Assembly (NCBI GenBank): GCA_038867615.1
Contig: JAWBYA010000001.1
Location: 160,001-224,000, forward strand
Reading direction: 5' to 3'
DNA from: Sulfolobales archaeon
GTDB lineage: Archaea > Thermoproteota > Thermoprotei_A > Sulfolobales > AG1
DNA length: 64,000 nt
This document shows positions 19,701 through 29,168 of the stretch, one piece after another (within the stretch, counting starts at the first letter, position 1; every line of letters begins with the position of its first letter). A program made the translations under genes and the position numbers. The notes beneath the pieces are model-generated. The model was not told the DNA's origin. It ran no database searches and was given only the letters and a program-made list of their open reading frames with translations.

Positions 19701-20247
19701 TGCTAGCCCTCCATTCGCTAAGGATTCTTGAGAGCTTCTCAGCTATATATCTGAACGCCTCATCCCATGATACAACCCTCCATCTAGGTGGGTATTTCTT
19801 TACTATGGCTACAAGCTCATCCCAATTCTTAGCACTAAGGATCTCCTCAACAGGCGGTTTCGGCCCCGTCCTGATCATTGGGTAGAGAACCCTGAGATCG
19901 TTCTCAACAAGCTGGAACGCTGCTTCTCCCTTGGGGCATAAAGCCCCCCAGTTTATGTAGGAGTCAGGCGAGCCGGCTGTCCAGATAACCTTATCGCCTA
20001 CTGTGTAGAAGTCAATGCTACAACCCATGGAGCAGTATGGGCATATGACTGGGGTCACCTTAGCCTTTATAACATCGGTCTTACCACCGATTTCGCCGAG
20101 AACCCATCTTGTTTTCCATGACTTATACGGGACGGGCGACTCGGCCTCTGCTAAAGCTGCTGCTGAGAGGGCGAGGGCTGTGGAGGCTATTGATGCTAGT
20201 TTTAAGAAGGCTCTTCTAGATCTATCAACTCCCGAGCCATTGCTCAC
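16708..20247 (-). CDS. Formate dehydrogenase alpha subunit (Mo/W-bisPGD, Tat-exported, Cys ligand)
   Basis: Tat motif SRRAFLK after GTG 20247; CPYCSMGC...LCPKG Fe-S; RKCHSST active site; PFRGHSNVQG. Confidence 0.92.
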   Translation of the reverse strand: MSNGSGVDRSRRAFLKLASIASTALALSAAALAEAESPVPYKSWKTRWVLGEIGGKTDVIKAKVTPVICPYCSMGCSIDFYTVGDKVIWTAGSPDSYINWGALCPKGEAAFQLVENDLRVLYPMIRTGPKPPVEEILSAKNWDELVAIVKKYPPRWRVVSWDEAFRYIAEKLSRILSEWRASTGAPKQKDGYYYLGSQVPVQVIGSSILLNEEAFLSKKLAVFLGTANMDSQFRKCHSSTVTSLAVTYGWGAETASIEDVASADVVLFFSSPAENHPLSFWYFWKGKRERGTVFITFDPRLSRTAMVSDIWVPFRSGSDAAILLYILYYAFFERNPPIDQLDEFKRLMNRWNINQDDLNELKDLVSQYNAEEVSRISGVPVDLLRSVARIFVERSGVATNHRKHGIIQWAMGFTQHTNATINIIRSAAIVQLLLGNVGFPGGGTHPFRGHSNVQGANDVQGSGIEALPGYHGHPVNVAEVRLYQDWKLQGMPDAWSWEVPEWALKSFPALQASAKKGSADLNKVLQVFKFYGWRRFELLWGMFCGTDPEDDPVNGVVICDFHFGTGSTEVVFPRRVLDKEIRAAFIFGENPAVTNPNAKIIWAALASLDLLVVSDIFETETAWFADVLLPAAAFAEKEGTRTDGNRVIQWSFKALEPKGLSRPEYWIIPKLYRYLERAGVIVIPSQAYGKRVERVKLKAGSRVIDLYERSLDPSASWDCTGGVGNATPIGPIEAEANPRIITKEINYSVMIYDGIYNPVKDEFTTMRRISTLRKEGEIDGLFSKAFEVYKNWGWSWPQNVRYLYNYDSLVAVLGTSYRFTAAGKEWVATGETGEWIDEYTGEYRPAFIPGHNFWEPRAFKRRLSGISDLWGGADIMKFIRTGTLEFPDKSFAIQDAGSVRVVSYSEFASLTGMRYLWANDTLYWDEQTASMKALVKRPFFPGDGWAKYKPKYEEFRQKLQAYYQQTGSLKEATLKVIDEMKGWYPGYNFQYPIHTEPAESPDPELAIKYPTLAWLNPHNVKVLKDQPSIVAGKPVGLALIPSELKGESGELVVITTNRLTEMFHSGAMTRNVPLLSQLVPEPFAYIPEKLASKLGIRPGEYVEIVTARGTVRLRAYVTRGEAYLRVNNKDLPVVNLIWSFSFQGRTTGPQSNFLNPDVGDVVTTIQESKAWIGFVRRVG

Positions 20248-20251
20248 CCTA

Positions 20252-20497
20252 TCACCCCGGCGGGCATGAGGAGCAATCCTCCTTAGCCTTATCATCTTGT
20301 GAGAGAATGATCGCTGCTGGCTTTCCCTTCTCCCTCTTACCCATGAGCTTCTTAAGTGTGAGGCATGTGTAATCCTCTGTCTCTTCATGTATGCTTGTAA
20401 GCCCGTCGATGAATTCTGGGAGTAAGGAGTATTCGTTCATTAGATGCTTCTTAAGCTCTTCAACTCTTTTCTCATAACTATCACTCATTTTGGTCAC
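20252..20497 (-). CDS. Small hypothetical protein, first gene of the fdh operon
   Basis: 81-aa ORF ending 4 nt before the fdh alpha start; C-terminal CSSC. Confidence 0.6.
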   Translation of the reverse strand: MTKMSDSYEKRVEELKKHLMNEYSLLPEFIDGLTSIHEETEDYTCLTLKKLMGKREKGKPAAIILSQDDKAKEDCSSCPPG

Positions 20498-20596
20498 CCT
20501 GTGTTATCCTTTTTTATTACCTACAGGGGTTTATAAATTTATATGCTCTATTATAAATGTGTATCTATTCTATGCGTTTTAATACACTATTTTAAC

Positions 20597-21472
20597 CTAG
20601 ATGTTAATGTCTCTGTATATCATATCAAGCAGTGCCTCTGCTATATATTTCTCAAATATATTGCTTGAGTCTTGAAGAGCATATGCGGCCAGCATGTAAG
20701 CACCCTTACTTAGATAGATCTTGAGCTCTTCATAGGGATCCCCTGTCTCTATAGTCCACCACAGACTCCCCCTAAGCCTCTCTCTAGGGATCCCTGATAG
20801 ATCCTTCACATCGAAGTCCCGAATAATCTCGATGTCACCATTAATAGGTCCCTCCGGGTAAGAGGCTGCTTTACCAATATCGCTCCTCCTATTTATATTA
20901 ATAATAACCATTGGATCGTAGCCGTGTTTCTTTATATCTATAAGCTGCACCTTTGGAGCCCCTCTATGGAGATCCGCGATCCTCGCCCTCCCAAGACCCC
21001 TCAGCCTCTCAAGAACAGCTATAGCGCTATCCCTCACAACAGCAATAACAGCTGTCTCAACAAGACCGTTTGGGAGTACTGGTGACACTACGTCGAAACC
21101 CCCTGTCCGTCTGATCATATGTCTGAGAAGATCTGCAGAGATATACGGCATATCAACTGGGACAGCTACAGCTATATCGCTTTGACAAGCATATAGAGCC
21201 GAGAGCAGCCCGGAGAGAGGGCCCACGAGGCCTTCTGTATCCTTCACAAAGACAGCATCCCCGACAACATCTCTATAAACCCTAGCCCTATCAAGAGAGC
21301 CTGATGCTATTATCACGTGGTTCGAGATCTTCCTCAACTCCCTATAGATCCTTAGGATCATGGGGATCCCGTCTATGGGGAAGAGAGCCTTATCAACCCA
21401 CGCCTCCCCAGGGCTCTGGAATCTCCTAGACATACCGCCACTCAGGATTATCCCGCAGACCATATAGCCCAC
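20597..21472 (-). CDS. mobA: Molybdenum cofactor guanylyltransferase
   Basis: ILSGGMSRRF, DKAL, GPLSG, VPVDMPY, NINRRSD. Confidence 0.9.
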   Translation of the reverse strand: MGYMVCGIILSGGMSRRFQSPGEAWVDKALFPIDGIPMILRIYRELRKISNHVIIASGSLDRARVYRDVVGDAVFVKDTEGLVGPLSGLLSALYACQSDIAVAVPVDMPYISADLLRHMIRRTGGFDVVSPVLPNGLVETAVIAVVRDSAIAVLERLRGLGRARIADLHRGAPKVQLIDIKKHGYDPMVIININRRSDIGKAASYPEGPINGDIEIIRDFDVKDLSGIPRERLRGSLWWTIETGDPYEELKIYLSKGAYMLAAYALQDSSNIFEKYIAEALLDMIYRDINI

Positions 21473-21556
21473 GATAAATGCTCCTCCCAGGTGATAAGCA
21501 TTGGGCTTGAAAGCTCAATAAGCCTCTATGCTATACATATCTGAAAGGGGATCTCT

Positions 21557-22819
21557 ATTAAGGGCTTTAAGCAGCTCGCACAACTCGACGAGGCTATAAA
21601 GGGCGCCCTTAGTAGTATAAGCCATAAGCCAGGGATCATCGAGGTAGGATTATCCGAAGCCCTGGGGAAACACCTAGCCGAGGATATAGTAGCAGAGATC
21701 GATGTTCCCCCCTTCGATAGAGCTGTTGTTGACGGATATGCTGTGAGAAGTAGGGATACGTTTGGAGCCTCTCCGAGAAACCCAGCTATCCTCAGGCTGA
21801 AGGGTATTGTGAGCATCGGCTCAAGGGTTGGTGAGCACGAGGTGTTTGAGGGAGAAGCCTTCGAGATCCAGACGGGGGCTCCTCTACCGAGGGGGGCTGA
21901 TGCCATTGTGATGTATGAGAATACAAGGAGGGTTGGTGATCAGTATGTCGAGATCTATGCACCAGTCCCCCCTATGGGGAACGTTTCTAGAAGGGGTGAG
22001 GATGTAAAGGCTGGTGATAAGATCTTTTCAAGGGGGCGTAGGCTCCAGCCATGGGATCTTGGTGTGATAGCCTCTCTAGGGATATCGAGGGTAAAGATCT
22101 ACAGGCTTGTCGTGTCAATAATATGCACTGGCAACGAGCTTATCGAGGTTGAGGATTTCGATAGGAGGGGCTATGAAGAGAGAGGGACTATTGTGAACAG
22201 CACGAGGCATGCTATAGAGGGGCTTGTGAGGAGCATGGGCTTCGAGGCAGTATATATGGGGGTTGTTAGGGATAATGAGGAGGAGATATACACATCGATC
22301 CTCAAGGCGCTTGAGAAAAGCGACGCGGTTATAACAACAGGAGGAATCTCAGTCGGCTCTTCCGATAACACTATAAAGGCTGTTATGAGGCTTGAACCGG
22401 AATATATGGTGCACGGCATAGCTATAAGGCCTGGGAGACCCACAAGCATAGCTGTGGTGAGGGGCAAGCCGATCATAATGCTAAGCGGCTTCCCAGTAGC
22501 AGCCATAACCGGGTTCGAGGCTCTAGCCAGGCCTATTCTACTAAACATGGTGGGGGCCGAGGATGAGCCGAGACCTGTGGTGAGAGGGATCCTTACCAGG
22601 AGGGTCTCTACCCCCATTAACACCAGATCCTTCGTCAGAGTGAGGATCTATAGGGGTGGTGATGGGAAGATATATATAGAGCCTCTAGCGCTCACGGGAA
22701 GCGGTATTCTGAGCACTCTCGTGAGGGGTAATGGGATACTGGTTGTTCCAGAGAATAGGGAGGGTTATGACGAGGGTGAAGAGGTTGAGGCGATACTGCT
22801 TAGAGGTATAGAGGAATAA
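21557..22819 (+). CDS. moeA: Molybdopterin molybdotransferase MoeA (probable non-canonical ATT start)
   Basis: Frame is open from TGA 21542-21544 and encodes IKGFKQL...PPFDRAVVDGYAV upstream of the track's GTG 21743; TGAPLPRGADA, TGGISVG, RPGRP. Confidence 0.9.
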   Translation: MKGFKQLAQLDEAIKGALSSISHKPGIIEVGLSEALGKHLAEDIVAEIDVPPFDRAVVDGYAVRSRDTFGASPRNPAILRLKGIVSIGSRVGEHEVFEGEAFEIQTGAPLPRGADAIVMYENTRRVGDQYVEIYAPVPPMGNVSRRGEDVKAGDKIFSRGRRLQPWDLGVIASLGISRVKIYRLVVSIICTGNELIEVEDFDRRGYEERGTIVNSTRHAIEGLVRSMGFEAVYMGVVRDNEEEIYTSILKALEKSDAVITTGGISVGSSDNTIKAVMRLEPEYMVHGIAIRPGRPTSIAVVRGKPIIMLSGFPVAAITGFEALARPILLNMVGAEDEPRPVVRGILTRRVSTPINTRSFVRVRIYRGGDGKIYIEPLALTGSGILSTLVRGNGILVVPENREGYDEGEEVEAILLRGIEE

Positions 22820-22832
22820 GAGGATCTCTATT

Positions 22833-24752
22833 CTACTCAGCCTTGATCGATGAGAGCTTTCTCCTCACAATCTCGGAGACGATCTTACCATCAACCCTGC
22901 CCCTCAGGATCTCCATAACCCTTCCCATCACATAGCCATAAGCCTTATCACCCCTCTTAGCCACTTCTTGTCTGTTCTTCTCTATAAAGTCCTCCACGAT
23001 CCTCTCAACCTCTTCGCTAGATAGCTTCCTAATACCTAGATCCTCTATAGCTTTGGAGGGCCTCACCCTCTTCTCACACACATACCTAATAATATCGGGG
23101 ATAGCTTCCTTGGAGAACATGTCTTTGGATAGGAGTTCAAAGATCTCTCCGAGGGTTTCTTCTGAGAGGGAATCTGTATCGACACCCTCAGCCCTTAGGG
23201 ATTTTAATGTGTTGATAAGTGTGGAGGCTATTAGGGAGGGCTGGACATTACCCCTATATTTTGAGACAAGCTCTTCATATAGGGGTAGGTATCTCGATCT
23301 TATAACCTGCTCGGCGAGCTCCCTACTAAGCCCGTGATCCTCTATGAATCTCTTCATCTTGGCCTCAAGAGGTTCTGGGACATATTTATCAGCCTCTCTT
23401 AAGAGCTCATCCGTGATCCTTAGTGGAGGTATGTCTGTCTCTGGATACATCCTCGCAGACCCTGGCTGTGGCCTCATATAATGCGTAGTCCCATCCTCAT
23501 TAGCAGCCCTGGTCTCTCTGGGGACGCCTTCGAAGGCCATTTTGATCCTCTCTATAACCATCTTGAAGGCTTTTAGAACCTTCTCCTTCTGATCAGCTAT
23601 AATTATGAAGGCGTCTTTCTCCATATCGAGGCTGAGGGATCCGTAGATCTTCTTGAGGAGAGCCTCATCGATACCGTATCCAGGGAGCTCGTCGCTGTGT
23701 ATTAAACCCCTAACCCCTCCCCACTGTCTGGCATAGTCGGCTAGCTCTGTGCCAAACCTCCTCCCAGGCCCTAGATCCCAGCCTAAGAGGCCCTTAAACC
23801 CTCTGAGTGGTAGGAGCATGGCAACGCCTCCTCTCTCTATAACGGATCTTAAGAGTTTGCTCCCACTTTCTCTAAGCATGCTGCTTACATCTACCAACAT
23901 CTCCTCAGAGATCCCGTTCTTATCGAGACCTCTTCTCATGATCTCGCTTCTCAGCTGGAGGAGTCTGTACTGCCTATAGGCTTCATACTCAACCACTTTT
24001 GATATTAGTTCGAGCCTCTGGACGCCTTTGATCTCTATTTTAGAGCCACCCTTTATAGAGATATTTAGATCCTGTCTAATCGTTCCAAGCCCTCTCTTAA
24101 CCTTGCCAGTGAGCCTCAGGATCATACCGATCTTGTAGGCAACCCTCTCAGCCTGCTCAGGGCTATGTATGTCAGGACCTGTCGAGATCTCTATCAAGGG
24201 GATTCCGAGTCTGTCGAGGCAGTAGATAACAGTACCATCTTCTTCCCCAAGCTTTCTAGCAGAGTCCTCCTCGAGCGTTACACTCTGGATCCTGACAACC
24301 CCTTCCTCATCATCAATATACCCCCCGAGGGCTATGACAGCTGTTCTCTGGAAACCACTGGTATTGGAGCCATCGACAACTATTTTTCTCATCACATGGA
24401 TCTCGTCTACGTGTGATGCGTGGAGGGCTTTGGCTATTGCTAGGGCTATGATCACGGCCTCCCTATTGATCGGGTGGGGAGGTTCTTCGTCAAGCTCGAC
24501 AAGGCATGTCACCTCGGGGGGAGCGAGGTATTTGAATAGCCTTCCCCTCTGGTACTCGAATAGAGCCGCGGGATCTATCTCTCCAAGCTCGCTCCTACTA
24601 GCCCTAAGCCTCCTAATAATAACAGGAGATCCTTCAGGGTTATCTACAATCCTTGCTGGGCAGTTGCAGAAAAGCTTGGTTTCTGTATCAAGCTGCTGGT
24701 GTATCTCGAGACCCACTATTAAGCCGAGCTCCTTATAGTCAAGCCTATACAT
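22833..24752 (-). CDS. gatE: Glu-tRNA(Gln) amidotransferase subunit E
   Basis: GLEIHQQLDTETKLFC, VELDEEPPH, RKIVVDGSNTSGFQRT, RGLGTIRQDLN, ARMYPETDIP. Confidence 0.97.
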   Translation of the reverse strand: MYRLDYKELGLIVGLEIHQQLDTETKLFCNCPARIVDNPEGSPVIIRRLRASRSELGEIDPAALFEYQRGRLFKYLAPPEVTCLVELDEEPPHPINREAVIIALAIAKALHASHVDEIHVMRKIVVDGSNTSGFQRTAVIALGGYIDDEEGVVRIQSVTLEEDSARKLGEEDGTVIYCLDRLGIPLIEISTGPDIHSPEQAERVAYKIGMILRLTGKVKRGLGTIRQDLNISIKGGSKIEIKGVQRLELISKVVEYEAYRQYRLLQLRSEIMRRGLDKNGISEEMLVDVSSMLRESGSKLLRSVIERGGVAMLLPLRGFKGLLGWDLGPGRRFGTELADYARQWGGVRGLIHSDELPGYGIDEALLKKIYGSLSLDMEKDAFIIIADQKEKVLKAFKMVIERIKMAFEGVPRETRAANEDGTTHYMRPQPGSARMYPETDIPPLRITDELLREADKYVPEPLEAKMKRFIEDHGLSRELAEQVIRSRYLPLYEELVSKYRGNVQPSLIASTLINTLKSLRAEGVDTDSLSEETLGEIFELLSKDMFSKEAIPDIIRYVCEKRVRPSKAIEDLGIRKLSSEEVERIVEDFIEKNRQEVAKRGDKAYGYVMGRVMEILRGRVDGKIVSEIVRRKLSSIKAE

Positions 24753-24829
24753 AATCCTCCTCCCAATCTATCTCTCTACTAGTGCTTATTTACTAGACCA
24801 TAGCTATGTATCCAGGCTAATCATAGCTA

Positions 24830-25621
24830 TTAGGCTCTCCCCAATGTTAAGTATAGCTTTGAGAGCATCTCCGCTCGATCGCTTCTTCTAACAAGACCAG
24901 TGCCTATTAGGCAGGCGTCGGCGCCCGACTCTCTAGCCATCCATATATCATCTAGATCCTTCATACCGCTCTCGGCAACTATTAATAGGTCTGGATATTC
25001 CTTCTTAGCGTATTTAATGATTCCCAGCATGTTATTCACACTCACCTCCAATGTCTCTAGATCCCTTGAATTCACACCAACAATCCTTGGTGATAGTGTT
25101 CTCATAACAGTGTCTAGGGTATCTATGCTGCCCACCTCGACCAGGGGTTCTAAACCTAGTGATTCTGAATAGGTATAAAGATCTCTGAGCTCTACGGGAT
25201 CGAGCGCCTCGGCTATTAGAAGCGCTGAGGAGGCACCGGCATTCTTGTAAATATCGATCTGATCTTTATAGAACACGAAACCCTTAGCAAGGATAGGACC
25301 GCTCCACCCAAGACGCCTCAGCATGCCGATATATTCTGGAGATCCTGAGAACCACTCCCTCTCAACTATGACCGAGAAGCCGGCTACATAGCTCTGGAGC
25401 TGGTAGTAGTAATCCCTTATATCGATGCCTAGATCTATTATGCCTGTTGGCGATGCCCTCTTATACTCAGCTATAATAGCTATCCCCCTCTCCCTCCTCC
25501 ACCTAGCCACCTCGCTAGAGAGGCTGGCTGTATAGGCTTTGATTGGCTCGTCATCATTAGCTGCTAGGGAGAAGATCCCTATTCTTCTCCACCTATCCCT
25601 CACATCACTCAGAAAACCCAT
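24830..25621 (-). CDS. trpC: Indole-3-glycerol phosphate synthase
   Basis: IIAEYKRASPTG, LVEV, GVNSRDLETL, VAESG; trp operon. Confidence 0.92.
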   Translation of the reverse strand: MGFLSDVRDRWRRIGIFSLAANDDEPIKAYTASLSSEVARWRRERGIAIIAEYKRASPTGIIDLGIDIRDYYYQLQSYVAGFSVIVEREWFSGSPEYIGMLRRLGWSGPILAKGFVFYKDQIDIYKNAGASSALLIAEALDPVELRDLYTYSESLGLEPLVEVGSIDTLDTVMRTLSPRIVGVNSRDLETLEVSVNNMLGIIKYAKKEYPDLLIVAESGMKDLDDIWMARESGADACLIGTGLVRRSDRAEMLSKLYLTLGRA

Positions 25622-25627
25622 AATACT

Positions 25628-26209
25628 CTACCTCCTAGCTATGTCGAGGAAAGCACCAAGGATCTTTCTACCCACCTGTGTCCCAACGCTCTCAGGATGG
25701 AACTGAACTCCGAAGAGTGGGTATGTGGTGTGATGGATCCCCATGATCTCGTTATCATCGAGGCTTATAGAATCGATAACAAGGGTTGGGGGAGGGTTGT
25801 CGATAACATAGCTATGATACCTCATGGCTTCGAAAACCTCTGGCAGATCTCTGTAGAGCTGTCCTCCGAAATGCCTGATCCTGCTTGTCTTTCCATGATA
25901 GATCTTCCTTGCCTTCCTGATCGTCGCGCCCATCGCGAGGCCTATGATCTGGTGTCCCAGACATACACCCAGTATTGGTTTCTCTTTATAGAATTTCTCG
26001 ACAACGATCCTGCTATACCCGATATCCTCAGCCTTCCTAGGATCTCCGGGGCCTGGTGATATTATTATTGCCTCGGGATCTAGTTTTAAGATCTTCTCTG
26101 GGTCTGCTTGATCATTCCTGAGTATATGTATCTCCTTGCTAGAGATACTCCTTATGATCTGGTAGATGTTATATACAAAGCTATCATAGTTATCTATTAT
26201 GATGATCAT
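25628..26209 (-). CDS. trpG: Anthranilate synthase component II
   Basis: IDNYDSFVYN, ISPGPG, GVCLGHQ, RYHS, QFHPES. Confidence 0.95.
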   Translation of the reverse strand: MIIIIDNYDSFVYNIYQIIRSISSKEIHILRNDQADPEKILKLDPEAIIISPGPGDPRKAEDIGYSRIVVEKFYKEKPILGVCLGHQIIGLAMGATIRKARKIYHGKTSRIRHFGGQLYRDLPEVFEAMRYHSYVIDNPPPTLVIDSISLDDNEIMGIHHTTYPLFGVQFHPESVGTQVGRKILGAFLDIARR

Positions 26210-27519
26210 CGATCTCCCCCTAGGAGCCTCTCTATTATCGACATCTTATTCTCTGTCTCAATATACTCATCACGGGGCTTAGAATCTATAACGATCCCCG
26301 CTCCTGCTTGGAGCCTTAAGCGTTCCCTGTGGAAAACAGCAGTCCTGATCGTTATTGCGAAGTTCATATAGAGATCCTCTATATAGCCGATAGCACCAGC
26401 ATAGATCCCCCTGGGTGTTCCCTCGAAAGCAGATATCAACCACATAGCCCTATGCTTAGGAGCACCGGTTACTGTTCCAGCTGGGAAGAGGGATCTGAAC
26501 GCCTCGAAGGATTCATCAAAGCTTCTCAGAGACCCCCTAACCCTGCTCACGAGATGGATAACGTTGGGGAGGATCTGGGGGAACATGAGTCTCGAGACTT
26601 TTACAGATCCTGGGATACAGATCCTTCCGAGATCGTTTCTAGCAAGATCAACAAGCATCATATGCTCAGCCCTCTCCTTAGCGTTTGACAAGAGCCTCAT
26701 ATAGATCTCTCTATCCATACCCCTAACCCTCCTCCTAGTACCGGCTACTGGGAACGTATCCACTGTATTGCCTCTAGCCACTATAAGGGGCTCCGGGCTT
26801 GCACCAACAACCCAGAGATCCCCGGATCTGATGACATATAGATAGGGATTCCCCTCAACATTCGCCGAGAGTTTCTTATAGAGGTGGAGAGGATCCCCAG
26901 AATACCTATAGATCTTATACCTAGAGAGCACTATCTGGAACACCTCGCCATCGTGTATCCTTTCCTTAGCCCTCTCAACAAGATCCATGAATGCTCTCTC
27001 ATCATGAGAGACCAGCTCTAACTCCGCCTCGAGAGCCCTGCTTTTATTCCCATATATTTTCGAATAACTCGATCCCCAGGGAGAGGCTAGCTCCGCATAG
27101 CCACTGCATAGATCTATAGAGACATAGGTCTCCGGGACCATGAATAGCGCGAGGGGATAGCGGTCATCAATATTAATCGAGCCTAGGCTTTTCTCGACAT
27201 ATACTAATGACTCGTAGGATACGAGGCCGAGGATCGGTATGCCTCTCCTAACCCTCCTCACATACCTGCTAATAGCAGCGAGATCTGCAAATGGATCTCC
27301 CGTGATAGCTATCTCTCCAGACCCTCTCCCCTCAATAATAGCCCCGGTTCTCCTAAGCTCATACAAGATCCTGGGTTTCAGCACTGCTATAAGCCTCCCA
27401 CACCCCCTCTCGTAAGCTCCAGAGTAGTAGAATACACCGAAGCTATCCCCGCCCAAGAGACCCTCGATCTTCTGGGCGCTCTCGGCAAGACTATATCTAG
27501 GTATTACACCCAAACCCAT
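26206..27519 (-). CDS. trpE: Anthranilate synthase component I
   Basis: GEVFQIVLS, GASPE, AGTR, KERAEHMMLVDLARNDL, FPAGTVTGAPK, AGAGIV. Confidence 0.95.
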   Translation of the reverse strand: MGLGVIPRYSLAESAQKIEGLLGGDSFGVFYYSGAYERGCGRLIAVLKPRILYELRRTGAIIEGRGSGEIAITGDPFADLAAISRYVRRVRRGIPILGLVSYESLVYVEKSLGSINIDDRYPLALFMVPETYVSIDLCSGYAELASPWGSSYSKIYGNKSRALEAELELVSHDERAFMDLVERAKERIHDGEVFQIVLSRYKIYRYSGDPLHLYKKLSANVEGNPYLYVIRSGDLWVVGASPEPLIVARGNTVDTFPVAGTRRRVRGMDREIYMRLLSNAKERAEHMMLVDLARNDLGRICIPGSVKVSRLMFPQILPNVIHLVSRVRGSLRSFDESFEAFRSLFPAGTVTGAPKHRAMWLISAFEGTPRGIYAGAIGYIEDLYMNFAITIRTAVFHRERLRLQAGAGIVIDSKPRDEYIETENKMSIIERLLGGDR

Positions 27520-27521
27520 GG

Positions 27522-28169
27522 CTATATAACCCCCGCAGCTTCTATGAGCTTTCTAACAAGCATGGGATCCTTCTTTCCGAAAGAGGTCTCAACACCGCTG
27601 CTCACATCTATCACATCAGGCCTCACAGGCTTGAGGTTAGAGATATTGTTGGGCGTTATGCCGCCAGCTACGCCGCAGGGTCTATAGGATCTACATGCTG
27701 CTGTGTAAACACTTATTGGGAGCTTTAGCCCCGAGGCTTCGGCAGGTGCAGTGTCTTTTGGAGCATCGAATAATACATACTCAATAGCGTTGCTAAAGAT
27801 CGTGAGGTGTTTTGTGGTGCTCTCCATATCGGGGTTGGTATTATTCTTAATAATGATTACTGGTATTACTCTGTAACCCATTGTCGACAGGATCTCTATA
27901 TCCTTAGGGCTATAACTATAGTGGAGCTGGAGGGTCTCGATGGGATCGAGCCTCTCTATATATTTATCCAGGACATCTCTACCGGTGATCACGGCAACGA
28001 CTCTGGATTTCGATAGCGTTCTGCTTGCATCTATAATCATATCAATCCCCACAGCCCTTCTAGAACCCTCGAGGATCATCCCGACATATCGGGCTCCAGC
28101 AGCCTCTACTGCTATAGCATCCTCTATGGACATGACACCGCAGATCTTAACCGCTGCCAAGGCCAGCAA
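27522..28169 (-). CDS. trpF: Phosphoribosylanthranilate isomerase
   Basis: VKICG, QLH, AGGITP, DVSSGVE. Confidence 0.92.
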   Translation of the reverse strand: MLALAAVKICGVMSIEDAIAVEAAGARYVGMILEGSRRAVGIDMIIDASRTLSKSRVVAVITGRDVLDKYIERLDPIETLQLHYSYSPKDIEILSTMGYRVIPVIIIKNNTNPDMESTTKHLTIFSNAIEYVLFDAPKDTAPAEASGLKLPISVYTAACRSYRPCGVAGGITPNNISNLKPVRPDVIDVSSGVETSFGKKDPMLVRKLIEAAGVI

Positions 28170-29166
28170 GCCTCCTAGCAGTAGCTACGATCCTGCCGAG
28201 CTTCCTCCACGCCGAACCACTAACTATTTCTCTATAGGCTTTCTCATACCCCTCCTCTATGGAGCCGGCTTCGCCAGCAACGTAGAGGGCTAGTCCAGCG
28301 TTGATCGCTATGAAGGATGTTAAGCCCTTATCCTCGCCCCTCAGGCCCCGCACCCCCTTTTCAATGATCTCCTCCCTGGTTTGTCCAGATATGTGGTTGA
28401 TCGGGATCTCCTCTAAGCCAAGGGTCTTTGGAGATATTGTTATCTCCTCCACAGATCCCCTCTTGATAATAGCAATGCTAGGCCCGCTTGGTGAGAGCTC
28501 ATCCATACCTGGATGGCCTGTTATAACAGCGAATCTGCGTAGATCTATCTCCTCCACAGCTCTATAGATCAGTTTAACCATGTTTGGGCTGGGTACACCT
28601 ATAACCTGGATCTTTGGGTTGGCTGGGTTGGCTAGAGGCGCTGCTAGGTTGAATATTGTTCTTATCCCAAGCCTCTTCCTTACAGGTGCTACCGCCTTCA
28701 AAGCTTGGTGATACTTAGGTGCGTAGAGATAGGCATACCCCTCAAGCCTGAGAAGCTCTTCAGCAACATCTGCTCCATGCTCTATCGGGTATCCGAGAGC
28801 CTCCATAAAGTCGGCCGATCCAACGAGGCTGGAGAAGCCTCTGTTACCGTGCTTTGCAACGGGAACCCCTATGGATGCCACTACTATTGATGCTAGCGTT
28901 GATGCATTGATAGTGTTTAGACCATCGCCCCCGGTTCCAACAATATCCATGGCATCCCCAACCCTTACTTTTACAGCATTGTCTCTCAGTGCTCTCACAA
29001 AACCCCTGATCTCCTGGGGCTCCTCGCCCTTCACCCTCAGCCCCATAAGTATTGCTGAGATCTCTATCGGATCCACAGCTCCTCTGAGCATATCTACGCA
29101 TAGATTGTAGGCCTCATCCTCTCTGAGCCCTTGTCTCTCAGCTATTCTAGCTATATAGCTAGCCAT
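28147..29166 (-). CDS. trpD: Anthranilate phosphoribosyltransferase
   Basis: DIVGTGGDG, NAST, KHGNR, GSAD, RTIFN. Confidence 0.95.
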   Translation of the reverse strand: MASYIARIAERQGLREDEAYNLCVDMLRGAVDPIEISAILMGLRVKGEEPQEIRGFVRALRDNAVKVRVGDAMDIVGTGGDGLNTINASTLASIVVASIGVPVAKHGNRGFSSLVGSADFMEALGYPIEHGADVAEELLRLEGYAYLYAPKYHQALKAVAPVRKRLGIRTIFNLAAPLANPANPKIQVIGVPSPNMVKLIYRAVEEIDLRRFAVITGHPGMDELSPSGPSIAIIKRGSVEEITISPKTLGLEEIPINHISGQTREEIIEKGVRGLRGEDKGLTSFIAINAGLALYVAGEAGSIEEGYEKAYREIVSGSAWRKLGRIVATARRLAGLGSG

Positions 29167-29168
29167 AT

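Noticed and set aside
20248-20388. 47-aa N-terminal extension of FDH alpha in the ORF track
   Set aside because: Overlaps the upstream small ORF; the Tat motif and SD support GTG 20247
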